Positions 26,301 to 39,391 of a stretch of DNA of 64,000 nucleotides are shown piece by piece. Origin of the DNA: Gonapodya sp. JEL0774. Its lineage: Eukaryota. Under the pieces are notes generated by a model that had not been told where the DNA came from, ran no database searches, and worked only from the letters and a program-made list of their open reading frames with translations. Positions within the stretch are counted from its first letter, which is position 1; each line of letters begins with the position of its first letter. Both the position numbers and the translations under genes were made by a program. Where the stretch lies: assembly GCA_027604505.1 (NCBI GenBank), contig JADIIX010000001.1:124001-188000 (forward strand), read 5' to 3'.

Positions 26301-27787
26301 AGGGTGTGGAAAAGGACGCAAGCATGACTGTAACGCCAGCCTCAAGGTCTGCAAGGACCTCGGCTGAGGACTTGTCGGGATTCGCCCAACGGGGACTGTG
26401 TTCCGTGGATTGGAGAGGGTTTCCATTTCCGTCCACGAGCGGATCACTTGAAACCTGAGCATCTGTGTCATTAAAGTGGTGGCAAGGTAAGCTTGTTATT
26501 TGTTTGTCATTGGAGACTGTGACAGCTTCTGAAATCCGGCGGTTATCAGTGCTCATTGTACTGGCACCAGAATCACCATCACCGCCTGAGAGAGTCCAGG
26601 ACACAATCGGTGCAGCTGGTGATAGTGGTGAAGCAAAAGACGATTTTAGAACACGATGAGAAGAGTCCGGTGACGATGACGTGGGGAGGTACAAGTCTTT
26701 CGTTGGTGCACGATGCTCGTACGGGGTGATTTGATGCGCGCTGCCAGTCTCACTACGTCCGCTTAAGTCTTGAGAAGGTGCATTGGCCCATGTTCCTCGT
26801 TCGAGAGAGACAGAGGCACGGTGGGAGAAAGGGCGGAATGGATGATAGGGAGGAGCACGGGCAAGAGTTGGATCGGCATGACTGGCACCAGTACCTGTAC
26901 CAACAGACGATAAAGGGTGGTGCGAGAATGCTGAGAGTGCAGATCGCCATAATGTTGCAAGTAGCGGGGCGAACGCAGGGCGGACAGACGATGAGGTCGA
27001 GATGGGGGGACCGTGAGGGCTAAAGTGCCTGTCACTTTGTGAGTCTGTTCGCATCACGATCTCTCTCTCTCCTTGTCCTTGTGCGGGGCTATCTTTTGCA
27101 TGAGGCTGGACCGCCCGTCCTTTCGCACTTCCGGAAAACTGTGCTGGGTTCCTGTGGAGTGACGCTGGAGATGATTCATTTGGAATGTGAGTATAAGGGC
27201 CGGCCTGGGGGGGCTGATCAGCTCGTGTTTCATTTCTATTTGCATTTGCTGAGACCAAGTGGAAAGGGCTGTGCGAATACCCAGTGGATTCATTTTTCGC
27301 ACTGGCGGTATGGGAGACAGGCCATTGATGAGCGAAGGGAAATGAAGGGGTTGTTGACCGAGAAAGAATTGAGAGAGGGAGGAGGGGCGGAGAGTGACCT
27401 TCTTGGAGAGCAGCACGGTTTTCGGAGTGGGTGTCGAAGTGGCATTGCCAGCAGAAGGCGGCACCATGACAATGGAGCAAAAAAGTCGAACGAAACGCAT
27501 CCAAAAGGCCAGGAGAACGAAAGAAAGGGTGTGATCACGTATCTCCACAATAACACCATGGTCCACTCACCACCGGTGCAACCATCGCTTCGTCCCCGCC
27601 CGTTTTGTCCGATAGATTCATTCACCACAAATGTATCATGAGCGTCACTGAACGATCCTGGACGCTCATCCGCTCTTGCCGACCCTCCCTCCAACCCATC
27701 AATCCCGCCACCTCGACTTTCCTGATGCTCCCTGTCGACTACATTGCCATCCCGCACAGTGAGAGGCTGCGACTGGCCGTTGCCCAT
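23382..27787 (-). CDS. Cyclin-Y-like cyclin with a very long disordered N-terminal region
   Basis: MGNGQS start (N-myristoylation-like); KFSSTGTLLVEETI..EC|LAAHL matches the cyclin-Y pre-box; cyclin box ISLIYLSRLL...[26 protein letters not shown]...DM|NALERFYLTALDYDVNVTPAEYAKAFFDMR. Confidence 0.85.
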
Positions 27788-28499
27788 GAAGTACGGTGAT
27801 TGGGGGAGCTACTCAGTTACTGATGCCCCTACTGAACAGCCGCGCTCGTCCGATCCTTCTCAGATGGCCACCCCAATCTTATGGTCCCGGATCGCAGAAC
27901 AAGGCGTCCGAAAGTCCAGGGATCACTGATGCTGCTTAATGTATGCGATCCGATGTTCCGAATCGAAATATAGTTCCGGATCTGCCTGATGAGCGATGAA
28001 TTTTGGGACTCGAAGGGGCTCACGGGCAGCTCGTTCGTTTCGGCCCGTGATCAGGGAACAGTGATTTTCTGTGACAAAGCCTTGCAAACCAGTGGTGAAC
28101 GCGCATTGGCGAAACTGTTGCAAATGACATCATCTTTAAGGAATCAAGTATGCAGTTGTGTGGATTTATTCCATGCCATTAGTCATCAACATATTCCAAT
28201 ACGCATCGTATAGATAGAGTAGGTATTGTCCAAATAATGAAAGACTCCTTGTACGCAAAAAAGTTGATAATATGCCCAAGCAGGCCACACGATGCTACGA
28301 CTCTAGGAAAGAATCTGAGAGAACCTTGCAAGGACAACTGTCAGCAGGACCGGGTTGTCCAATGCCGAAGAACATGAAGGATTGATTGCATAAGAGCATT
28401 TGAAACTATTTTTCTGCAGATTTTCTTGGTGCGCTTTTTTGACTTTTTCTACCAGTCCCCATCTGGCATCCCATCGTCGACAAATTAGCTCCGCGTCCA

Positions 28500-31400
28500 T
28501 TAAAGCGAACCCACGCTGTTCCGATTGTTGTTCGGGGTCTGTTGCTCGTACAATCGTCCGTAAAACTTTTTCCTCTGCTGTGTACCCTTCCGGACCAAGG
28601 TGCCTCGCCGGACGTACTCTACTGGAGGGACGTAAGCTGTGCCAAGGTAAAGCATCTGCTCATGAACACGCCAGTACTTAGCGATAGAGAATGTTTGAAT
28701 GGTACGTTCGCGGAGCAGGAGGCCGAGGTTGCGACGCGCATATTTTGTAGCATCCAATGTTGCGCGGGCATTGATTTCGGCAAGTCCCGATGGGCCGCGG
28801 GCCAGGAGGTCCGACAGGCGGACATCCGGAATCGCCGAAGAAGGGACCAAGGTGGAGAGGCCATCTGTCATCGCCAGGACCTTGACGATGGCCTCGGCGA
28901 GCTGGCGTGGCCGGGATGGGGGCACAATGGCTCCGTAGCACACACCCGTTGCAAGGTCACTGATGACTTCACGACTACCACCGACGTCAGTGCAGACCAC
29001 AGGAAGACCGCAAAGACCTGCTTCTCCGAGAGCAAGGGGAAGACCTTCGGTGATTGAAGAGTTAACAAAGACCCAGCCAGTTGGAAGGACAACGCCGGGG
29101 GAGCCGAGGCCTTTGAGGAAAACATTGGACTGGAGGTTGTTAGAGCTGATGAGAGACGTACACAGAGCTGTCCGAGAACAATAGTTTTGCGTTAGACTGT
29201 GAGACAATTTCGGGAGACGCGGTTGGAACGGAACCAGCTCGTAAGGCAAAACTCACTGGTGTACGCAGGGTCCTTCTCCGTACTTCCATATACATGTAGC
29301 TGGAAGTTTTTCCACCCAATCACATTCACTATGTGTGCCGCTGCATAAATAGCGTTCGCCACATCCTTTACCGGACTGACGTGACTTAACATCACCGCAG
29401 TGGGTGCCATCAATTCGGCAGATGGATTAGGCTTGAACTTGGCGACGTTCATACCGTTCACAACTGGACTGATCTTGAGCCGGGTTGCAGCATGAGAATC
29501 GGGGTCATCAAACTTGCCTGCGGCGGGGTTTTCAGGGAAGCAAATTACAAGAGACAAAGCATAAGAACAAGTCCACAAGTTTGCTACGAGAGCTGATGGA
29601 CCTGACTAACCTCCTCCCAAATGTGCCTCCCACATGGGGTTTTGAATGCTGGTGCACGGATTCACCGTATCGGCCCTCTGAACCACCAACCATGCTATCA
29701 GCCTGTTCAAGCCTGCAAGCACTGTCTGCACAAAGCGAGGCATGGTGTCGGCGTCGCAGAGTGCGAAGAGACGCTCGCGCCAAAGGATGCCGCTAGTGTT
29801 GAGCATTTTAAATACCAACAGTATCTCTATTGACACGAGGGCACAAACTCACTGGTCCCACAAAATCAACGTGGTACCACTAACGGCCTTGGCTACAACA
29901 CCTGTAATGGCTTGGATGCCGTGGTGGGAAAGGTGGAAGCATGCACGGCGATTGGGGAACGTCGGCAACTCAGCAGCGAGCGGAAGTAGCAGCTTTGTTA
30001 TGAGCGAGTAGGCAAGTCCTACTTCGTGCAGGGTAGCTGGTACGCGTACACATAGATACGACGGTGAGTGGTCAGTAATTGTTGACAGAAAGATCTCCAA
30101 AGAATTCATTGCTCACGATTCTCCACTGCCAAGGATGATTCATCATCCCTTTCCGAGCACGTTTGTAACACAGCTGCGACAAATGCATCAATCGTCCGAT
30201 GATGCTCCCAGCTTCTTGTCCAATCGTGACTCTGCCCAAAGATGTACAGGTTCACAAATATCGCTTCATAGCCCTCCACCTTCGATTCTACAAGGTTATC
30301 GTCGAAGATTCCGCGGACTAATCCCTGGATGAGTGGAACGAAAACTGACCGGATTACAGTAGCGGACGTGCGAGTGCGACGCAGCTCCAGCTCGGGTGCT
30401 GGAATTGTTCGTCGGAAGTTCTCATTTGCGTTGCCGTAATCAAGATCCCAGATGATGAGATAGTAAATTGCTGAATTCGGAAGAAACAAATTTTACCAAT
30501 TTGACACCTATTTTTTTTTTTGTTTGATATTCTCACCATCAATGTGCTTTTCAAGCTGGTACTCTCTTTGAGGAACCTCCGCGGTTCCTAATTCGGCCAA
30601 ACAAGTCCATCGAACGCGTTCGAGGAAGTTGACAAGGTCTCTGTATCATTTTATCAGAAGATGAACGTGAGTGATACCGATTCCATTCTCATACCTGACC
30701 TGTGAATCGCTCACCTTCTACAAGAACCCACCCCACCGCCACCAGTCGGGTAAGTACCCGAGTCCACGGCGACAGTCTTAATCACGTTATTGTCGTGATC
30801 CACCTGCGAGGCAATAAGGGAACTATCCCCTCCCGCCGCCAGCTCAATAAGGTCCGCCATGCGTACGTTCATCGACGAGCACCGCGTCTCGGGCGTGTCA
30901 GGAACGTTCACGACAACGTCAAGAACTTCTTTGTTCCTTTGAAGCTGTTCAATAGCCCCCTCGAAGTCTCCAACATCGCGCTTTTGAAAATACCTAAATA
31001 GCAGGGGCTCATTGCGCAGGAACACTTCAAGATCCAATGTTCGTGCGATTGCACCTGGTATCTGCTGCAACCTCCACTGTGCCCACAGCTCTTCACGTGA
31101 GCGAGCCGTGCTGTAAGGTTCGTCGTAAAATTCGACGTGAGTGATACGTCCCCACTCCCGAACCGCTTTCACATCCAGCTTGTATGTGAGAAATTCGTTC
31201 GACAAATGATATGCCACCGGTGGTCGTCGCTTCAAAAGACGGTAAGGATCAATGGAGATGAAGGGAGGGACAGGTGCAGTATCCTCGCCCCCGGTTGCAT
31301 CGTACTGGACACAGTCTGATGGAGAAACACATGGGTCAGTCTCCCGTCTTTCCAGTATTCCAAAAAAGAGAACGAAGCGCTTACCCATTTTTACGTGCTG

Positions 31401-34400
31401 TGGGTGGGAGTAATCAAATCGGATCCGGTAGAACGTTTCCCCCATCCTGAAGTCAGCATAGGAGAACTTGGGAGTCGCTCCTGTGTCTGGGCGCCAACCA
31501 CGAGAAAGATGGGCCACAAGATTCCAATCCTCTTCAAGAGACTGATATTCAACATAGTGCAGAACACCGCCCGTCGAGTAGTGGTACGTCGAAAAGATTT
31601 CGATGGGGGTACCATCTCGGTCCGCCCGAATCTTGGCGTTCGTAACATAGCTCGAGTCTGGAACAAAGTGCTGGGTCTCCTTCCACGCTGGTTCTTGCTC
31701 CAAATCCTCACACTTTAGATAGTCAGTGTCAAAAGCACCCGCAAGCATTATTCTTTTCTCGGGATATATCGCTTGCTTGCTGGCATACTCGTAGATGGCT
31801 GTGTAGCCACTAGAGAATTGCTCCCATATAAGACGGTTGGTAGCATCGAAGAAAGCCTGGCTGTGAGGTTTGTCTTTTGGACCCGGCTTCCAATCAAGAG
31901 GCTTTTGACCTGAACCCCATTCAAGAGTAAACGGACTTGCCATATCAAACAGAAGATGAAAGGAATAAAACTAACCTTTGTATCGAGACATGCAGGTAAG
32001 TGATGATTTGGTTGACGGTACTCTCACACTGAATGCGTTTCTATTCCTGAAGTCAAAGAAATTGATCCGCTGCACCGTAGTGACATTGCCACCATACCAC
32101 CATCGAGGTTTGGAGAAATAGAACACTCGCTGCAATCCTCTTAACCTTTTCTCGAGGGTGTTGATCCCTGCCAAGCGACGGTAAAGAAGAAACTTCTTCA
32201 GCTGAAGTGCGATTAGACTGCTCGCTCCATAGATGGTGGCCAGAAGGTGACGGGAGACGAAGGACATTCTTGCAGCTGCAAGCTCGCGACCGAAGCGTGA
32301 ATCCGCAATGAGCGCGAGGAAGACAAGCAACAGCGGGATTCGGAAAGAGGACATAATTTTGACCCCCGCACTTGGGTCTTCATCAAATCCGTAGGCATCC
32401 ATCATATGCTGAGGTGGTCGAGCAGCCGCCCTTGTGTCTTTCGACGCCGCCAAGATTTCTCCAGCAAACGTCCCAATCTCCAGTGCCAATTCCGCAGCGA
32501 CGATTCGGCGTGCTTGATCGGGGTTGACCACTCTGCGAGCACTCTGGAGCGCAAAGGAACGTTGGTAACGACAGTCCTATTGTCATATCCATAGACACAC
32601 CGCCATACGCACCTCAATCGCTTCCAACACAGCAGCACCTTGAGGTAAGCCCCCTCTTCGCAGAAGATCCGCAATGAATGTGTGTAGATTCTTCGCAAAC
32701 GCATGCTCTGTGTTACAGTGAAGGCGATTCACATCCGTTCGACTCCTGCTGGTAACATCTAACGAAGTTGCGCTGGCAAGTCCATTGTGGCCGTTTCCTC
32801 CACTCAATCCACCCCGTTTGAACAGAATGTGCGTAGCAGAAATCGAATCCGTGTGAGTGTAGCCCTGAACACATTCCAAGTACTCATGAGCGAGGACCTC
32901 AAGTACAAACGATCCCTCATCAGGGCAACCTGGAGGAATGGCAGTGAAAATTTCTAAGGTTCCTGTCTCTCTGATCATAGAAGCAACGGCGAGCATAGTC
33001 CTGCCCAATTGAGTTCCAAGCTCCGGGGGCACCACGTATACAATGACTCTACCCGCCCGGAATCGGTCTACAGCCTCCACCATATGCTCAACAAGTCGCG
33101 GAAAAGCTATGCGCTCCAGAGCATTGAGATTCAAAGGTGTAGAGGTAACTTGGCCAATTACGTCCCACATGAAACGGGATTTTGGCTCAATCCGATGAAA
33201 GAGCTTTCTCTGCTGCCTCAGGTCCATGAAGAGTTCCATGCGCTCCCGCTCGCTATTGTCGCTTGAGGATTCCCCGATTCTCTTGAATCCACTCGTGTTC
33301 AAATTAGGAGACAAACGGAACTCTCTCTGACGGAGGACAGAGTCACGCCATGACAGCCAAATTGCAACACAAGCAAACATCCATGTTGACCCGGCGCTGA
33401 CGGCGAGCAACAAGATCCTCGATTTTGTGAAAAAGAGCATGGCAGTCGACCCACCGACGCCTCCCAAGAATATTATCAACATCGCGGTATTTAACGCCGC
33501 TTCGTTGGCAATAAACAGTTTGTGAAATAGCGCGACAAGAAGGCCAGCGTATGAGATGCTGGCGAGAGCGTAAGGGATAACAATGTTCGAGTTTCCGTAC
33601 ATCGATTTTGCACCACCAAGCGTGATTAGAGTGAACACCACGAGAAGTTCTGCCAGGAACAGCGATAACTCTTTCACATAAATAGCCCTGGAAGCTTTCT
33701 CGTACTTTATAATAATCTCGGAGGGCGCAGAGCCCTTCTTCAGACGGTAATTCTTCCCAGACATATCAGAGGCATAGATATGAAGAAGAGCGATTTCGAG
33801 GAAACCAGTACCGACTAGAATGAAGAGTGTTGCCAAGCGAATACCGCTGACAAAATCCTGGTCTTCAACAGTGGACGACGCTGTCGAGAACAGAATGGTG
33901 CTTCCTGTGGCAAACAAAGTTGCCCATCGATCCATGAATATGAAGAGGAAGTACAGTACTCCGAAGATAATCGCGGGGCCTTCAATGCTGAAGAAGACGT
34001 CACCACGGTTCAACTTCTCTGCCTGATATTTCGCTTTCAGCTTTGTGACAGCTTGCGACACGGTCGAATCCCACTCCTTTCCGAAACGATGTGGCTCTGT
34101 GATACCCTGTTGAGGCAGATACCAATCCATAAGCGGTTTTTCAAGCTTCCACTGGAGGGCTCTATCCTTGACGATATCGTTACCCCGCCGCATCCTGAAG
34201 AGGGAGAACTGTCGTTGCTGAACGCTCCCCTGAACTTTCTTCGCATAGTACTCGCGAGCAGCTCTCTTCCACAGGCGAAGGCGTTCTTGATACTGCGGGT
34301 GCGATTCCGAAAAGTAGGCAGGCTTCGGGTGTTTCCTCTCAAATAGAGCAATGATTGCGTTTTCGCTGGGAAGACTGATTTTTTTGGGCCAATCAAGCAG

Positions 34401-37400
34401 ACCTTTGGAAATGGAGCTCAGCTGCACCACAATCAATCAATTCAATATCTCAGTATACAGAAAGCATATAGGTTCAGGCCGTAGATGAAGACATACCCGT
34501 TGAAGCAAGAAGAAGTCCGCAATCATGAGGCTGCCAATGTAGAGAGCAAATATTTGTGGTGATGTCGCCTTCCGAAGACCATACTTCGTTACCAGTGGGG
34601 CAGCGCACAGGAAAATGACAGAGATAAGAACGGATTGGGGACCCTCACTGAAAACTGAGTAGTGAATGTTTGGACTTCCTCGTTATGTTCACTTGCAACG
34701 TACCTCAAGAAGAAGTAACGGGTCGGGTCCCTAACGATGAGCAGAGTCCCGAACAGCATCATGTACAAAATGAAAAAAAAGGCGTAAGGAGCAAGCATAA
34801 GCTCTGGTAGCATTGCCTGCCATCCGCCCTCTAATGTACTCAAAACGGCGAAGGGAACTGTCAGTAAAATGGACGACAGAGCCGCAATAATCAAGGTCAT
34901 AGAAAGCTTTTGAAACACAATTTCGAAAAACACCGGATACGCTTTGCTATAAATGTAAAGTGACGCTGATCGTGCGACTAAGGCAGAAAGCAATGCAGTC
35001 ATTATGTACAACCGAAGGGCAGACATCGGCACTTGATAGCACGCACCGGAATTCAAAATAGCACCAACGATGGGAAAAGAAATGAGCAACACAATCGAAA
35101 TGTGACTCTGAATTGTGCTGGTTAGCCGATCAGTGTAGAATATTCCAGAGCCAAACACCGTAATCAAAACAATATCCACAATGACTGGGTAGACAAAGAT
35201 GAACGAATTGAAGAACTATTGTAAAAATAAATTTGTGTGCTATTCAGCAAAGGCATGAGCTCGTCAGTCAAGTACGGCAGCACCTACATCCTTCGCGACG
35301 TCACGGTAGCTAGAATCTTTCTCGATTTCCAGCTCAACATTGTCAGGGCGTTCCTCCAGTCTGATAGTTTCATTCCTAAGAGTATCGTGCAGTGGACGCG
35401 ATAGCTCCAGCGACGTCTTGTCGAACATATAGTTGAGGTTACGTTGGGTGGTGATCATCTCTAATGCTACTGCAACCTGATCGCTATCTGGTAGAAACCG
35501 GGGATTCTTCTCTTTGCTGGCTACCTTCAATTCCTCCCACGCGAGACGTCTGCAAACTTTCCAAAGGGACATGAAAATAAGACAGGCCAATCGAGCTGCA
35601 ACTTCGGATTTAAGCATAGAGTCCAGGAAGTGGATCAACGCTTGGAACTTCTGGCGGCCCTGTGCAAGGAGTAAGAACCTCCCAATTTCCATATACAGAC
35701 GGCTCTCGAAAGCATTGGTAGCTTTGAACTCATTGACAACAAAATCCATTACTTTTGCTTCGTATTCACGCTTTGCGGTTAGCTCGTAAGTCGAGAGATC
35801 CGTGACGTGTCGTTGGATGAGCCATGCATACGACCGAATGGGAGCTTCCGCATCTATCCTGAGAACAGCATCACACCGAACATCTCGGAATAGTTGCAGA
35901 GCAGCTAGATCAGTTGGGCTCGAGTTCTGAATCTCGATTGCCACCCGTGATGGCATTGGAAGGTGTGTTGGTGATATGGTGGTGTCGTTGAGCATTGCTG
36001 CGATAAATGACTCTCCTACGACGGCCAGCGAAGGATTTACTCCGCAACGATGTTGGAGATACAGGTTAAAGACGACCTCTTCGGGTCTGGGGTGGTTGTC
36101 TACGATGTTGGTAATCTTGTGACATCCAGCGCAGAATGAGAGTGACTAACAAGCTACTTACCAGACACAAAGACCACCATCACATTGTCTTCAAATTGCA
36201 TGGAAGTGCCACCAACGCCCCACACAGGCGAGTATGGTACTTCCTTCTCAGCTTCATCATGAACGATAAAGGACGCTCTGCTGGACAAGAACACCTGGAC
36301 CAGATCTTTTTCCAAGTCTTTTCGCAGTCTTGCAGCAGCACCAACAAAGGTGCTGAAGTCCGTCTTCCGAACTCCAGGAAGCATATCTGATGTGAACGGC
36401 CATCCGTCCCGAACAGAATCCAAAGCCTTCACTAACTTCCTAAACTTTGGTGTGGTCTGCTCAGCAGCACCTGCAGCAGGTGGGACGTCTGTCGATGTCT
36501 TGAACGACGAAAGTAGCTGACGCTCCAGCAAACGGCACATTGCATCGAACACAATCCCGGCCACGACGCATGTCCTGCGCGGACAGGGAGGGCCACCAAA
36601 GTATCCACAGCTGACGGCATTTCCAACGGCTAGCGCACGACAGCTGGCGTGCAGAAGCTCCACTTGCCCGGCAAGGCCTTCACCAGGCCGAGTTGCCGTC
36701 AGAGTACCGTCCACTGTACCCCGCAACGCGCGATCGAAGTCAAATGGGTGAGGCCCCGAGGGTGGTGTGGGCTTGAGGTAAATACTTCCCCGAAAATCGT
36801 CTTCTCCATTCACGAGCTCAAATGCCTCTTGGAAAGCAGGTACGGTTGCCTTGACCTGGGCAAGCACTGCCATGGACGCTTGCACCGAGACAACTCCGCC
36901 CCCGGAAGACCGAGCACACTCCTCCCGCCATGCTTGCTCGACACGATCTTTCAACTCAAGCACTGCCGGGTCCCCAGTGGTCCACTCGAATATATCAGCA
37001 TCACGAGCCTTTGGTGGGGACGGGAAGAGATCTGATTGATTATTGTAGCTTTCGTCGCGAGCAAGCCATGGAATGAACTTCCGCTCGTCTGCCCAGGTAA
37101 GGCGGAATCGGTCGATGGCAGGGGGAAGCAGACCAGAACGGTAGTGGGTCACATCAAAGCAGGCGAAATCACTACGAATGGTGGATTCGTCGACCAATGT
37201 TTTGATCAAAAGCTCGAACTCCTGGCGCTCAGTACCAACACGGTAGCGTTGTGACGGGAAAGACTCCTGTTTGATGAGAAAACCGACAGGGTAGAGGGAC
37301 CCTTCGGAGCAAACAACTAAACAATGCATACCTCATCTACTAGAACTGCCGAATCCCTGAACACGAAACCGTTGAGTTCATCCCTGCACAAATCGAACAT

Positions 37401-38656
37401 CTCTCGGTAAGCTTGACATCGTTGAGCGCGACTAGTAGCATTCGCCCCATTCAACTCCGCGTGCACAAAGACAGGCACCATATAGCCTGCCGTTCGCGCA
37501 ACTCGCTTCACCAAGTTGGATGCTCGTCTGGCGGCGTCCTTTAGTTCAGAACCGATGACATTTGTGAGGAGAACACCCATGTTGGCGAAGACACTACCGG
37601 TCTGCTTCGCTTGCACAATTTCGCCCAGCACTTCCTTTAGCACATCTTTGGCGTCCAACTGCGACATGTTTATTGCGGCAATAACAAGGCGAAGACCATC
37701 TTGACCGCGAATGGAGACCACATGGTCGACAGAAACACCGGAATCGGAAAGTTCACTCATGCGAGACCCGCCAGCAGATCGAGGGAGAGTGTGACCGCTG
37801 GTCGACGAGCTGTCGCTACGAGCGTCAAAGGGGCGACGGGGAGACAGCGAGCGACCTGCGCCGACACCAGTTGATGCCCGAGACCGGGGGTTAAGAAAGC
37901 GGTTGTCCAGGCCACTGTCTTGCGAATCACGGGAGTTCGGACTCAAGCGAGGCATATCTGTGGCAGATTTTCGCATGGGTGATTTCGGTGAAAGCATTTC
38001 TGGAGGGGTGCCCTGACGGCGAGCGTCCGCGCTACGACCCCTACGGCCAACAGGCATGCGATACTCCGATCCCCCACCGTCTGAAGTGAAACCAGAGTCT
38101 GATTCGTAGTCTGCAGTCAGGTGGCTATTTGCGAGTGTTCCGTTATCGGACTCGTTATCAGAGCCGCTATCTTCCGCGTCCGTGTCCCAGTTGCTAACAG
38201 AGGTCCGCGCCTTCTTTCGTAACCCAAACCAGCTCGATTTGCCGTTTACGGAGGAGTCAGTCTTACTGCTAGCCAAGGGTTTCTACCAAGGTCGTCGACA
38301 AAGAACAATGGGCAACAGATGAATAATACATCCACCCACTGCAAAAGTAAGAGAAAGCGGTCATTCGAGGGAAAACGCACCCGTTTCTTGGCCGAAATGA
38401 TCCATTTAGGTAGCTGCTCCCAGTTCAGTACAAGTGCATCAGCTTGCCAGTCCATATGTTTCTGCAAATCTTCCCAATCTCCTAACCACACTCCAAAAGA
38501 CTTGATACTACTCCTAGAGAAGGAAGGGACTCTGTAACATGGGTATTTTGCCAGTCTTTTGTCCACACCCTTCCCCTGTGTGTCTGGGCTTATCCGTTCG
38601 TCCAAAATGATAGCGTCCTCCTCGCCATCCCCTTCAGAGCGCCTGGCCGGCGCCAT
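28500..38656 (-). CDS. Giant membrane GT4 glycosyltransferase, Gtb3 (galactosaminogalactan synthase)-like with a PelF/DUF3492-like C-terminus
   Basis: ~10-kb gene. N-terminal SFGVWLG motif; multi-TM block ~33300-35200; DSGTYPTGGGGVGSCRR|DLVNFL; PelF-like ILWDH|GILWRER; GT4 EX7E motif SSITEGLPLALGEAGLCGLPVVCTDVGGSREV. Confidence 0.85.
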
Positions 38657-39391
38657 AGGATTTCGTTTTGGCGCCTGGGGAAGTAGTTTTTGGAGCCCGG
38701 GCACCTTCTTCGATTCTGGGTCCCTCGGTTCTGTTAACCGCTGGGCGTGGATATTGTCTGTCCACTTCTACACGCGATCCCTCACTGCCAGGATACTGGG
38801 TAGGGTGGGGAAGGTGGGTGTTGGTGAAATGATTGAACGGGTTTGGTTGTTTCAATACAGGGCTGAAGATTGTCTTTGTCCCTCAAAACCCCCGCACTTT
38901 GCGCTGCGGCCATCACTCGAGCCGCAAAAATAATATACATAAATAGAAAACCGCTACAACTGAGCACTCTGCACTTTTCCACTCACCTTCTGTTAGTAAT
39001 AATGTGTAACTTGGTCTAGTACGTGTGTGGCTCATTATATTTTGGCTGAAGGGAATCTAAGCCATCTTTCCAATCGCCACAGTCAATATGTTCAACCACC
39101 CCGTGCCGCCAACCACAACTACATGCTCTACTTCTCAAAGACCGGACATTCATACTTGAAGGTTGTAATGCACAGCATTCACGAAGCGCTCGGAACCAAA
39201 GTGACAATGTTAGAATATTCATTAATATGCACACGATATGCTGACATGCGACTATACAATGGTCCCGTCTTAATCATGTATGTAATACTCCGCTATTGTG
39301 CGGGTGTCATCGGGCGAAAGTACCCGGAGATTGCAAAACACAGCCTTTCTGGTGGAGGAAGGCCCTCGCGTCTCTCTGCCAGTTGAGCGAA

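Noticed and set aside
27985..28060. CTGATGAG / CGAAAC hammerhead-like words
   Set aside because: The core motifs lie on opposite strands or are mismatched (CTGATCA), and no stems form.
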